Source: a virus (taxonomy: Duplodnaviria > Caudoviricetes). Taken from it: DNA of 34,358 nt. The translations under genes and the position numbers were made by a program. Of the stretch, positions 26,501 to 34,358 are shown piece after piece. Numbering within the stretch: the stretch's first letter is position 1; every line of letters starts with the position of its first letter. The notes below the pieces were generated by a model. It was not told the origin of the DNA. It did no database searches and was given only the letters and a program-made list of their open reading frames with translations. The stretch lies in the IMG/VR virus record IMGVR_UViG_3300017909_003998, positions 1 through 34,358 of that record. One strand, given 5' to 3'.

Positions 26501-29500
26501 AACGATTCATGAATTTACTCCATGATCTTCTTCCACTAGGAAAGCGATGAGTTACTGGATGCCATTGTTCCTTGGCAGGGTGTCTAGTTGTCCAAATTGG
26601 ATTTGGTGGACAAGGACCCTCTGGTTTTACTACTGGTTCAATGGGAATTGGTGGTGGGGGAGCTTTAATTGTTAAAGCAGCACCAAAGGGATTTTGATTC
26701 CAAGACTGAACAAGTGTAACTTCTTTATTGACATCAACATATGCAGTTTTAATATTGATAGCAAGTCCCATTGGATTGCCTGCATAGATTGACTTACCAG
26801 TAATCTGTTCCAAGAATGCTCTAATTGTATAAGTTCCTTTTTGAACCTCTAATGAAAATGTTTGTTTTCCTTTAGATCTTCCTGGACCTCTAAATCCTTT
26901 TACATCTAATGTTTGTGCTCTGAATTTTTTATTAAAAATTTCAAGACGAACATTATCATCAACCTGAATATCTACTGTGTAAGTTCCTGATGCGGGGAAC
27001 TTAACATCTTTCCAAACAATTTTATGAATTCCTGCATAATCATCGCAAGAACCTATTGGGTCATCTAAATTTTTGTCAGATGAATCATTCTTACCATCTT
27101 TAGGGGGTTTTGGTGGTGCTGATTTAGGCGAATCAATTGGTCTAATATAATCAACGAAAAGTTCTCCATTATTATCAAGACCATCTACAATATCATCATC
27201 AAAAATAATAGTATCATCTACTGGTTTGAATCCAGAAGTTGGTGATCCTCCAACAGAAACGACTTTATATTCTTTACCTGCTGTAAATTCAGCAGATCCA
27301 AATATAGTTTCTCTTTCTTCGAGTATACTCCCCCCATCACGAATCGGTGTCCTTTTTAAACGAACATCTGAGTCATCTGAACTAATTTTTACCTCTCGTG
27401 CAAATACACCAGAAGTTATAAAGTTGTCGTTTACTTTTAATTTAAATCCAATCCTTGCTTTACCAGTTCCAATAACTTTTAAGAATACCTCACCATTTTT
27501 TGTTATGAATTTTGCTTTTGGTTTTACAAAAGGAGCAGGTGGTACTGTAGGGGGGACAGCAATAATCTCTTTTTTAAGTTCTACTGGATTGAACGGAGTG
27601 ATACCATCTCTATTGAAGAAGTCTCCAAAAGGACCAACATCAGGTCTCATTCTATAAAGTTTTCTGTCTGCTTTATCAATAAAGTCTCTTGTATTGAATA
27701 CCACTGCTTTTTCAATATCATCTCTCTCTAAAGATTCGCCAGTTTTGTCATCGACAATATCCTTATCTTTGAGATCTTGCCAAAGGTTTTGTATTAATCC
27801 ACTAGTTTTTACATCAAATACATATTCAAGATCAAAAGTACCTCTACCCCTTTCACCACCTTCCACACCATCTCTGTTAATTCTCCTTCTATTAGATGAT
27901 GTGAAAACACCACCTTTCCTAACAAAGACTTGCATATCATCATTGTCATTCGCAGATCCAAGATAGTCTGCAAAGACTCTACTAGAACTTCCTTTTGTTT
28001 CTTTATTCTTGGTGCCGTTTTCAACACAACCTTGTTCTATGAGAGCATTTGCACTTTCCTTTCCAACTGTAATAGTCTTAATAATTTCTCCCTTCTTATT
28101 TTTTTGTTTAAAGGTTTCATCTTCAATCTTTAATTCTCCAACTGCTTTACCTGCAATTTTGGGGTTATCATCCCACTTAAGCTTTAAAGAAAGATCGCCA
28201 TTACCTTTTGTAATAATTCTAGATCCATCATCACTAAATCTAGCAATTAGTCCTGGTGATGTTGAGTCAATGCTCAACTGTGCATTTGCATCATCTCCAT
28301 CCCCATCAAGATACTTAATTTTTTTACGTTCTACACTACCAATTTTTGCCTCACTTGATCTACCTTTCTCTCCAGGAGGTGCTATATCAATCGAAATCTC
28401 TCTTTCCTTATTTGGGTCGATTTTTTCAGCAGTTGCTATGAACTTAACATCATATTTTGCACCAGCAGTTACTTTACGATATACAAGTCTAGTCTCTTCA
28501 TTCTCCCCATCATTATCAATAGTGAAGTTATCGGAGGGATCTGCTTTATTTGTGAAGACGCATTTAATTTTTCTATGTCTGCCGCTTCCACTACCAACAA
28601 CATGAAACTTGACAGTTCTTATCTTGGTCTTGTCGCCACCATCAGCAGTGTAAGTTTCCTTAATAATTTTCTTTTGTGGGAAATTCAATAAATCAATTCT
28701 GATTTCATGAAGACCTTCTTCCACCGTCTTCTTCAACTTTACAGGTTTTCCACGAAAAGTATCAGTGATATCCATGATCTTCTCCCCATCTAAGAAGACT
28801 TCACCCCGATTGTCAGCCGCTCCTCTAAAGACATACTCGCCCTTATGTGGAAAATACTCTTCATAAAATAATGAATAAGGTTTGTCTGCTTTATCTGTTC
28901 CAAGTCGATTTGATGCAAACTGTGGTGCAACAGCATACCTATTCATGAAACTAGGTTCAATCTTATTTGTAAAAGTTATTTGCTTTTTTCTATTGAGACG
29001 ATAAGTTAAAGCAAAAGTACCTCTTCTATATCGGTTATTTTCGTTCTTTTCAACCTCTTCAAGTTTTTTTGCTAGTTTTTTATCTGGAGCACCAAACTCA
29101 ACTATGGTTCTTTCACCCGCTTTGAAATTACCAATATTAGCAGTTACTTGAATATCATCATTATCATTTGCAGATCCAATAACATCTGCAAAGATAGCTT
29201 TAGATCTTTGCCCAATTGCTTTTTTTCCTGCTATTTCTTTTGGATCTTTACCTGCTTCTTCTATAAGACCTTGTTCGGAATTTATCTGCTCACTATTTTT
29301 TAGTTTCTTCCTTATATTAGAAGTAACATTATATGTTGTGTTTGCTTTAAGAGATACTATTTGAGTTCTCTTCTTTCCACTTCTATCTTCGTGTGTGACA
29401 CCTTTAACCCTGAATTGATGAGATCCATCTTCTGCTTCAAACTGGAAATAGATCTGTCTATTTCTATATGATCCTTGTCCATAAACTTCAAATTCAACAT

Positions 29501-30548
29501 CCTGAAATAAGTCATCTTGCTCTCTTTCACCACCCCATGCCCAATGCTCTACGGGAAATAATGCACTGCCAAACTTCTTTGCTTTTTTACTTGTGCCAGC
29601 ACCAGTTACTCTTACTGGAGTCTCATCTCTAGTTGTCCACCAAGGTTTATTTGGATCAAATCCTTTAAGAAATGCCAAGTATTCATTCAATTCTGTTTGA
29701 AAACTATTTGCATTGGTCAAACTCAAAATGTTAGCAGGATTCCAATCTCCAACTACTGTTTGACTGTCCATCGAATAAACCTTTCCCCAAGCATTATCGT
29801 CGGGATCATAATCATATTCACCTAACTCAAAATCATATTCTTCTACATCTGCTTCATCTTCAAATCTTTCTGTTACAAATGAAGTACTTCCTAATATAGA
29901 TTTGGCTCTAGCACCCGCACCTCTCTTATTATCATCAATGATACGAACTTGTGGTGGAAATTTATATCCAAATCCACCATGAATCACACGGACATGAAGG
30001 ATCGAACCATCAAGTCCAACAATTGGAGTTGCAATAGCACCAATTCCACCCCCACCTTGAAGTTCTATTCTTACTCTACCTATGTCACGTTCTGAATCAT
30101 ATCTCTCATAATTTAGTTTTGCACTTCTAACATTTTGACCACTCTCACTGAAGGGCCGCTCTTGATTAGGATCCACTTTAATTACTGGTTCTTCTCCACC
30201 AGGAACATTAGGATTGGCAGTTTTAAATCCCCTTACCGTATTGCAAGGATCAAATTCATTATTTTCATCTACAAGACCTTTTGGATAGTGTTTTGGTAAA
30301 ATATCTTTATTTGTTAATTTATTAACTTCATTGATATTGATATATCTTATTTTATCTCTATTCGCTAGAATAAATTGAGTACCAGGATTTCTTTCTGCAT
30401 ATTTGTTTGCTTGATATACAGTGAGACCGCTTACATATCCTCTCTTTGAGTCAATATATCCGACACGAACACTATCATTTGCTTTTTTACCATTAGCAAA
30501 GATAGTATATTCTGCATTAATTTTTCTGTCGGACTTAGACCCTGCCAT
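23514..30548 (-). CDS. 2344-aa baseplate/spike-associated multidomain protein with four PA14-like domains, repeated acidic-loop domains and a polyproline tract
   Basis: P..G.Y.....DD/DN...G...I PA14-like motif x4; FAD..GSANDNDD x3; L.D.DGDD.NA...(W/N)DDNP-like x3; GGGG.GA...GG.GY..PP.V baseplate-type termini. Confidence 0.85.
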   Translation of the reverse strand: MAGSKSDRKINAEYTIFANGKKANDSVRVGYIDSKRGYVSGLTVYQANKYAERNPGTQFILANRDKIRYININEVNKLTNKDILPKHYPKGLVDENNEFDPCNTVRGFKTANPNVPGGEEPVIKVDPNQERPFSESGQNVRSAKLNYERYDSERDIGRVRIELQGGGGIGAIATPIVGLDGSILHVRVIHGGFGYKFPPQVRIIDDNKRGAGARAKSILGSTSFVTERFEDEADVEEYDFELGEYDYDPDDNAWGKVYSMDSQTVVGDWNPANILSLTNANSFQTELNEYLAFLKGFDPNKPWWTTRDETPVRVTGAGTSKKAKKFGSALFPVEHWAWGGEREQDDLFQDVEFEVYGQGSYRNRQIYFQFEAEDGSHQFRVKGVTHEDRSGKKRTQIVSLKANTTYNVTSNIRKKLKNSEQINSEQGLIEEAGKDPKEIAGKKAIGQRSKAIFADVIGSANDNDDIQVTANIGNFKAGERTIVEFGAPDKKLAKKLEEVEKNENNRYRRGTFALTYRLNRKKQITFTNKIEPSFMNRYAVAPQFASNRLGTDKADKPYSLFYEEYFPHKGEYVFRGAADNRGEVFLDGEKIMDITDTFRGKPVKLKKTVEEGLHEIRIDLLNFPQKKIIKETYTADGGDKTKIRTVKFHVVGSGSGRHRKIKCVFTNKADPSDNFTIDNDGENEETRLVYRKVTAGAKYDVKFIATAEKIDPNKEREISIDIAPPGEKGRSSEAKIGSVERKKIKYLDGDGDDANAQLSIDSTSPGLIARFSDDGSRIITKGNGDLSLKLKWDDNPKIAGKAVGELKIEDETFKQKNKKGEIIKTITVGKESANALIEQGCVENGTKNKETKGSSSRVFADYLGSANDNDDMQVFVRKGGVFTSSNRRRINRDGVEGGERGRGTFDLEYVFDVKTSGLIQNLWQDLKDKDIVDDKTGESLERDDIEKAVVFNTRDFIDKADRKLYRMRPDVGPFGDFFNRDGITPFNPVELKKEIIAVPPTVPPAPFVKPKAKFITKNGEVFLKVIGTGKARIGFKLKVNDNFITSGVFAREVKISSDDSDVRLKRTPIRDGGSILEERETIFGSAEFTAGKEYKVVSVGGSPTSGFKPVDDTIIFDDDIVDGLDNNGELFVDYIRPIDSPKSAPPKPPKDGKNDSSDKNLDDPIGSCDDYAGIHKIVWKDVKFPASGTYTVDIQVDDNVRLEIFNKKFRAQTLDVKGFRGPGRSKGKQTFSLEVQKGTYTIRAFLEQITGKSIYAGNPMGLAINIKTAYVDVNKEVTLVQSWNQNPFGAALTIKAPPPPIPIEPVVKPEGPCPPNPIWTTRHPAKEQWHPVTHRFPSGRRSWSKFMNRYAMSPVLPIGTKGSGYSGSEWSNTWTANIPFQGFYVFKGTVDNFAEVTITQDSDNSESPENLLEVIKKVNGFRTEKEDLTRNKIFLYKGKANINITVRNGERIKYKQVTRKIFDTKDWVTKPTDKSEKVDVKFDVYGAGSQKNMGLKFVFKEKGGDHSFTIDNVDESREVKTIKKRVKRNTDYKVTAIATGTHTLKNTEDKKNNKREFNIDFDGLNKANDPIQVSNAGKFLKLLDGDGDDRNAKFEIQSSSPGLDVVFSDDGKKLVVKGNGNGDVTLRLKWDDNPRDAGVAVKSIKILGETWRQSGRKGEETKTIKIGGNSNTGGKRKNITKSFPITYDQLNSTNNPINVSSDGEVIRLKDSDGDDTNAKMTIADVKGGTAKFSPDGRSLICNGSVDVTIDFDVNDNPNNANIALRSFTIGNKSWLYTSNGGRGETKNVKLDATQSVPTPPEEVKLVPEQGTLKEGSFGSSKNADAKESSKPSNVIFADIVGSANDNDDTQIRCNKGVFTPSNKRGVFGNKGRSTYDLTFRVDVAEESVEEITNIGEGFGKYDVKNQELSRSVTVGPPVGLTVNTAPVIVNPTLATYRKGSLGPFLSPFFPLGTKESGSNLQGRTWEMVWEDVDFPLDGKYKIEVEGDDTLEVFIGENLKDSFGSEGYKSVASASTNKGVKAYEYRVTNPGKRSIKLILQNASIPGTNFISNPTLAACRITIEESIELADRRSWLRNPVGISAVLLAPPCSRQVGGIGTVAKVIVEEPGNSYPPPPDPPPGVPGQVTLTNIVPQKTGIGYTDGDLVCIEKEDGTRQCFTPIIGEFGKITGIPIPPPPPGTPPPPGTPGPPVPPPPEEPPSPPPPPPPGTPGLPPPPPPPVITTYPKITVTTSTGTGFVPGIETELRVDTPEVDPETVIQITDLAGLKQTGYIEGRPYYGEVFFKDGIPFAGRYETAGRLIQVYATLQESIDAEVTTRPSAIQRSGTDINSNNPRLNIPGTPDNLA

Positions 30549-30580
30549 CTTATACTACTTCTTCCGATGTCATGTGTGAA

Positions 30581-30587
30581 TATTTAT
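30581..30587 (-). promoter_or_regulatory. T4-type late promoter (ATAAATA)
   Basis: Overlaps the double stop (TAATAA) of gp5, upstream of the ATG at 30548. Confidence 0.7.
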
Positions 30588-32599
30588 TAGGCTATTTGTA
30601 GGTAATCATCTGGGTTATAACTAGCATCATCATATCCTGCATCACTAAGATCAACTTGAACATCTGGTTCATTTTTTCTTGGAGTAGCATAATCTGGTTG
30701 CTGTGGCGGTGTTGGCATTCTCTCCGCCCTTGCTATACCACTTTCAGCAACAGAAGCACCAATTGATTCAACACTAGGAAGTTCAGATGCAGATGCTCCT
30801 GATCCACCCGTAGCAAGTTGATAGAAATCATTGATTGCTTTCTTTGGTTCTAATTCTCCAGCAAAGACATTTGCTATAACATTAACAAAGTCAAGAGCAG
30901 AACCAAGACCACCAGCAATATCAGGAATCATGTTCACTGTACCATCCATACCGTCAGATATAATATCAGCACTTGCTCCAAAGTCTCCGAATAAATCTCC
31001 CAATCCAGCACTCATCAACTCTTTTCCAGACCTCAAAGTACTGGCAACGCTATCCATTTCTCCTTGAACTCCCTCAAGATACATGTTTAAACTACGAACA
31101 ACATTTCTATTCGCAGTTTCTATCTGATCTTTGTTTTTGGATATTACAGTTGATGCTACACTTTCAGCATAACACATTGGAACTTTTGGAGCAGTTATAA
31201 ATTTACCATCATTACGAACAGGATCTCCAACACCAATAGCATTTCCAGTATCTGGATCAATACCACTCTGTCCACTACCTGAACCTTGCTGTTCTGCAAA
31301 AGCTTTTGCTTCTTCTATTCTCTTAGTGGGTTGCAATGATTCCAATAAAGCAGAACACATCTGATCGCCAAGTCCTGCAATCATTTGATTATACATTCCC
31401 AAAATCATTTCATTCAATTTTTCTTTCAGATCACCCATTTGATTTCTAAAAGAAGATGGCAATGAAGCAACAACTTTTGTCATGACAGCATTGAGTTGCT
31501 TCAAAACAAATTCCATTATCTTGTCCATCAATACTTTCATATATTTTGCTGCCTGCATTGCACCCTTGCAGATCATGTCTTCAAGAGCAGTTTCACCACC
31601 TCCCATAGTGCTTGATACAGTATCAACATAACTCTGGATGGCATTCAAATACTTATCCATCTTTTGAGAGATATTATCAATGATAGTCTGAATTGCTTTC
31701 ATTGCAGACTGCACAGGTTCATCGGGGATGGGCATGACAGTTTTTTCTTCTGCCAAGTCCTGTTCTTTTACATCACCAGCAGTAATATTCTGAACATCAG
31801 GACTTTCTCTTTGTGCCCCTGCTTTGAATGGAGCTGTAGGTGCTGTCTGTTGTGCTTCTCTAGCAGATAAAAGGTTTTGCACTGCTGCCATTGCAGCATT
31901 TTCTACTTCTTGAACTGACTTACCTTGTGATCTTGCCTTCTCTCTTGCTGCCTGTGCTGCTTCTAGTCCTCCAGGAACTTGATTCAGTGGAACATCTGGT
32001 CTTAATCCATACTTATTCAGTTTTACACCTGCTGGTGCTTGTTGAGCTGCAGCAGATGAGTTGGGGTGCTCTGATTTTATATCACCATCAGGAGGAGTTG
32101 GTTTCTCTCCAGTTTTTGGATCCTTAAGTACTTGACCATCAGCATATCCACTGACTGCCAGAGATCCTGCTTGGTTATTAGTGACTCTATTATCACCAAC
32201 AGTCAGTGCAGTTTCATTCTGAGCATTATTTGACAGAACTCCCATGATGATGGGAACGGTCATTGCCGTTCCATCCATGAAGAAACCAAACACCATGTTT
32301 CCTTGACGGAGTGCTGGCGTTTGACTACTATTATTGAGACTTCCTCCCGATGTTACGGGCATCATCACATTAGCCCAGGGCAAGTCTTTAGAAGGTATTT
32401 CAGTTTCACCTTGATCATGAAGACCAAGAATTCTTACCTTGTACCTTCTACCCCAACCTATATTTTCACCTTCACTTGCATGAGGAGCAGCTATAACATT
32501 TTCTCTCCAGACGGAATCGTCAGCAATCTGACCGATCCACCAGTGAAAACTGGATCCTAATAAACCAGAATCAAATAATGCTCCCCCGTCTTGTGCCAT
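30587..32599 (-). CDS. gp5: Baseplate hub/central spike gp5-like protein (N-terminal OB-fold; no lysozyme domain evident)
   Basis: WWIGQI...GRRYKVRILGLH...DLPWA.VM.PVT...G.MVFGFFMDG...PIIMG is the T4 gp5 OB-fold signature; a helical region follows. Confidence 0.88.
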   Translation of the reverse strand: MAQDGGALFDSGLLGSSFHWWIGQIADDSVWRENVIAAPHASEGENIGWGRRYKVRILGLHDQGETEIPSKDLPWANVMMPVTSGGSLNNSSQTPALRQGNMVFGFFMDGTAMTVPIIMGVLSNNAQNETALTVGDNRVTNNQAGSLAVSGYADGQVLKDPKTGEKPTPPDGDIKSEHPNSSAAAQQAPAGVKLNKYGLRPDVPLNQVPGGLEAAQAAREKARSQGKSVQEVENAAMAAVQNLLSAREAQQTAPTAPFKAGAQRESPDVQNITAGDVKEQDLAEEKTVMPIPDEPVQSAMKAIQTIIDNISQKMDKYLNAIQSYVDTVSSTMGGGETALEDMICKGAMQAAKYMKVLMDKIMEFVLKQLNAVMTKVVASLPSSFRNQMGDLKEKLNEMILGMYNQMIAGLGDQMCSALLESLQPTKRIEEAKAFAEQQGSGSGQSGIDPDTGNAIGVGDPVRNDGKFITAPKVPMCYAESVASTVISKNKDQIETANRNVVRSLNMYLEGVQGEMDSVASTLRSGKELMSAGLGDLFGDFGASADIISDGMDGTVNMIPDIAGGLGSALDFVNVIANVFAGELEPKKAINDFYQLATGGSGASASELPSVESIGASVAESGIARAERMPTPPQQPDYATPRKNEPDVQVDLSDAGYDDASYNPDDYLQIA

Positions 32600-32601
32600 A
32601 T

Positions 32602-32829
32602 TCAGTCGTCGTACATTCTACATTCGTCTGCATCTGGTTCCATCTCGCAATAGAGTTCCAATGCTGTGGGATCGTGATGGTCACCTGCTTCAATCTCTTC
32701 TCTGTGATTTTCAGCATAAACTTCAAGTTCATGCAGTTCTCCCTCTACGTGGCGACGTTGCTGGGGAGAAGTTGTTGGATTTTCAAGAATTTGCTTATCC
32801 GTCTCAATGTGCTTTTCGATGCTTTCCAT
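32602..32829 (-). CDS. cp12: CP12 Calvin-cycle regulatory protein (cyanophage type)
   Basis: C-terminal PTALELYCEMEPDADECRMYDD (C-x8-C); MESIEKHI...SPQ.RRH.E.EL N-terminus typical of phage and marine picocyanobacterial CP12. Confidence 0.92.
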   Translation of the reverse strand: MESIEKHIETDKQILENPTTSPQQRRHVEGELHELEVYAENHREEIEAGDHHDPTALELYCEMEPDADECRMYDD

Positions 32830-32835
32830 GTACTG

Positions 32836-34176
32836 TTACCTTTTTGCGTGGTTTCCTTGTCTCCCGAAGGAATCTCTTATTAAACAGAGTTTAGTTAGAG
32901 TTCTATCAGGTGTTATGTAATGACATAGACTTGCTATAATATATAGACCCCCAGCCTGCTTGTCAATCTCATCGTTCTCTGTGTTAGGTTTTGCTTGCGG
33001 AGATGGAGCATCAAAGAATATCATGTCTCCTGCATGTAAAGAGAAGTCTCCCTGAATCGTTATATTTACTTGTGATGCGAAAACCTGATTATATCTCATA
33101 ATCGATTGGTTGTAAATACCACCAAAGTCAAAGTTATTCTCTTTAGATTCATCAACAGTTTCAGCAAAAGCTCCAGTATCAAGGAAATTCATTGTTGTTC
33201 TTGAAAATTCCTTGATAAGATTTGCATTAAATCCAACCAATTCTTTAGCTGCTGTAGCAAGTGGTTCAATTGTATCATCAACAGTCTCTACTATCTCTTC
33301 TATTGTAGATAAAACAGTTCGTTTAAAATTAAAATTGATTGGATCAAATGTTATGGAAGCAGTTGAGAATGCTCCCATCTTAGACATCTCCATAATGTTA
33401 GCATTTGACTTATCATAGGTCAATGCCTTGTAGTCATATCCTGCTGGCAAATCATCCTTGTTTCCATCTGGGGTTTCATTGTAAATAATTGATTTTTTTC
33501 TTGGGTTCTTTTCTTCATCAAAGAAACTATCAATAGATTTGAAGACCATTTTCTCTGCGGTTTCAAAGAAAAAGTATCCTGCTGTCTTGCCCTCACCACC
33601 AGATGGTTGTGCTTTTTTAGCGAAGGTGTTCAACATATAATATGGTTTTCTATTTAATCCATATTCTTTAAGAGTATTACTAGTTTCTTCAATATCTAAT
33701 GTCTTTTCTGACAATAAGAAATCTGTAATCAAAGATTTGACATGATCAGAAATCTTTTGATTTGGGAAAAACTTTCTAACATTTTTAGTATCATTGATAG
33801 CATATGCTTCTGATACCAAGGGAAGAACCATTGCTGACTTACCTGGTTTATCAGATAATGGGGCGGTTTTACTAACCAATAATTCCACTTTTAGTTCATT
33901 CTCAAAGTTATCTTCAGCAACAAAATCAAATGGTTCACTTCCAGTCAAAGGAAGACCTTCATAAACTGTCTTTTTGTCTATTGAATTGCCAGTATCTGCA
34001 AAGACATAGAACCCCATTATACCATCTTGCAAGATACTCTCATAGTATCTAAATTCAATAAATCCACCCGCGACATTTACTTGACGGGAAGTATCAGTCT
34101 TACTCGTTATAACTGCTGATTTAACTGCTGTTGCACCTGCTCTTTGACCAGATACTTGTTTAGTTGTTTCTGACAT
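32836..34176 (-). CDS. Baseplate hub protein (T4 gp27-like)
   Basis: YYESIL...DTG...LPL.G.E; GYFFFET....FKSID; ITI.GDFSLHAGD...GGLYII..LCH...T.L.L.RDS; lies just upstream of gp5. Confidence 0.78.
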   Translation of the reverse strand: MSETTKQVSGQRAGATAVKSAVITSKTDTSRQVNVAGGFIEFRYYESILQDGIMGFYVFADTGNSIDKKTVYEGLPLTGSEPFDFVAEDNFENELKVELLVSKTAPLSDKPGKSAMVLPLVSEAYAINDTKNVRKFFPNQKISDHVKSLITDFLLSEKTLDIEETSNTLKEYGLNRKPYYMLNTFAKKAQPSGGEGKTAGYFFFETAEKMVFKSIDSFFDEEKNPRKKSIIYNETPDGNKDDLPAGYDYKALTYDKSNANIMEMSKMGAFSTASITFDPINFNFKRTVLSTIEEIVETVDDTIEPLATAAKELVGFNANLIKEFSRTTMNFLDTGAFAETVDESKENNFDFGGIYNQSIMRYNQVFASQVNITIQGDFSLHAGDMIFFDAPSPQAKPNTENDEIDKQAGGLYIIASLCHYITPDRTLTKLCLIRDSFGRQGNHAKR

Positions 34177-34198
34177 TGTTATATTCTCCTACTCCTAT

Positions 34199-34358
34199 TT
34201 ACCCGAATTTATAACGGATATCTTTCCAACCACTGCTGTCCTTACCAGAAGCAGATGGTACTCGTATATCTGGCATACTACTTTGAGTTTCTCCATAAGA
34301 AGATCCTCCAGTAGAACCTCCTGCCATTACTAATTCATCTCTCGCAGGTTCTTCATAA
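34199..34358 (-). CDS. 3' end of an upstream gene (partial)
   Basis: Open frame ...YEEPARDELVMAGGSTGG...WKDIRYKFG with stop at 34199-34201; GTAAATA and AGGAG precede the hub gene. Confidence 0.65.
   Translation of the reverse strand, partial: YEEPARDELVMAGGSTGGSSYGETQSSMPDIRVPSASGKDSSGWKDIRYKFG

Noticed and set aside
30549-30589. Readthrough or frameshift fusing gp5 to the 2344-aa protein
   Set aside because: There is a double stop TAATAA, an overlapping late promoter and a separate ATG.
1-34358. Introns, inteins, homing endonucleases, transposases or integrases
   Set aside because: No diagnostic motifs or interrupted genes were seen by eye.

Overview
Segment of a T4-like cyanomyovirus (Kyanoviridae-like) genome. 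All genuine genes are on the minus strand. In transcription order (right to left) it contains: (1) a baseplate/central-spike block with a gp27-like hub, cp12, a gp5 OB-fold protein lacking lysozyme, a 2344-aa PA14/lectin-like multidomain protein, a beta-strand-rich spike-like protein and two tandem paralogues; (2) a ~1.9-kb island with a perfect sigma70 promoter, small ORFs, tRNA-Leu(UAA), tRNA-Thr(UGU), a Mom-family DNA-modification gene, a candidate small RNA and a UUCG terminator; (3) ~18 kb of fibre/adhesin genes driven by T4-type late promoters (ATAAATA). The most interesting patterns are a recurring connector grammar among the fibre genes that suggests a branched plug-and-socket receptor-binding tree tipped by glycine-rich adhesins, Russian-doll domain nesting in the 2344-aa protein, a prolyl-hydroxylase-like enzyme wedged next to a Gly-Asn-Pro repeat protein, a blue-copper-type motif in a fibre protein, and a possible Yfr1-antisense sRNA. 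All family calls come from motif recognition by eye; no searches were run.
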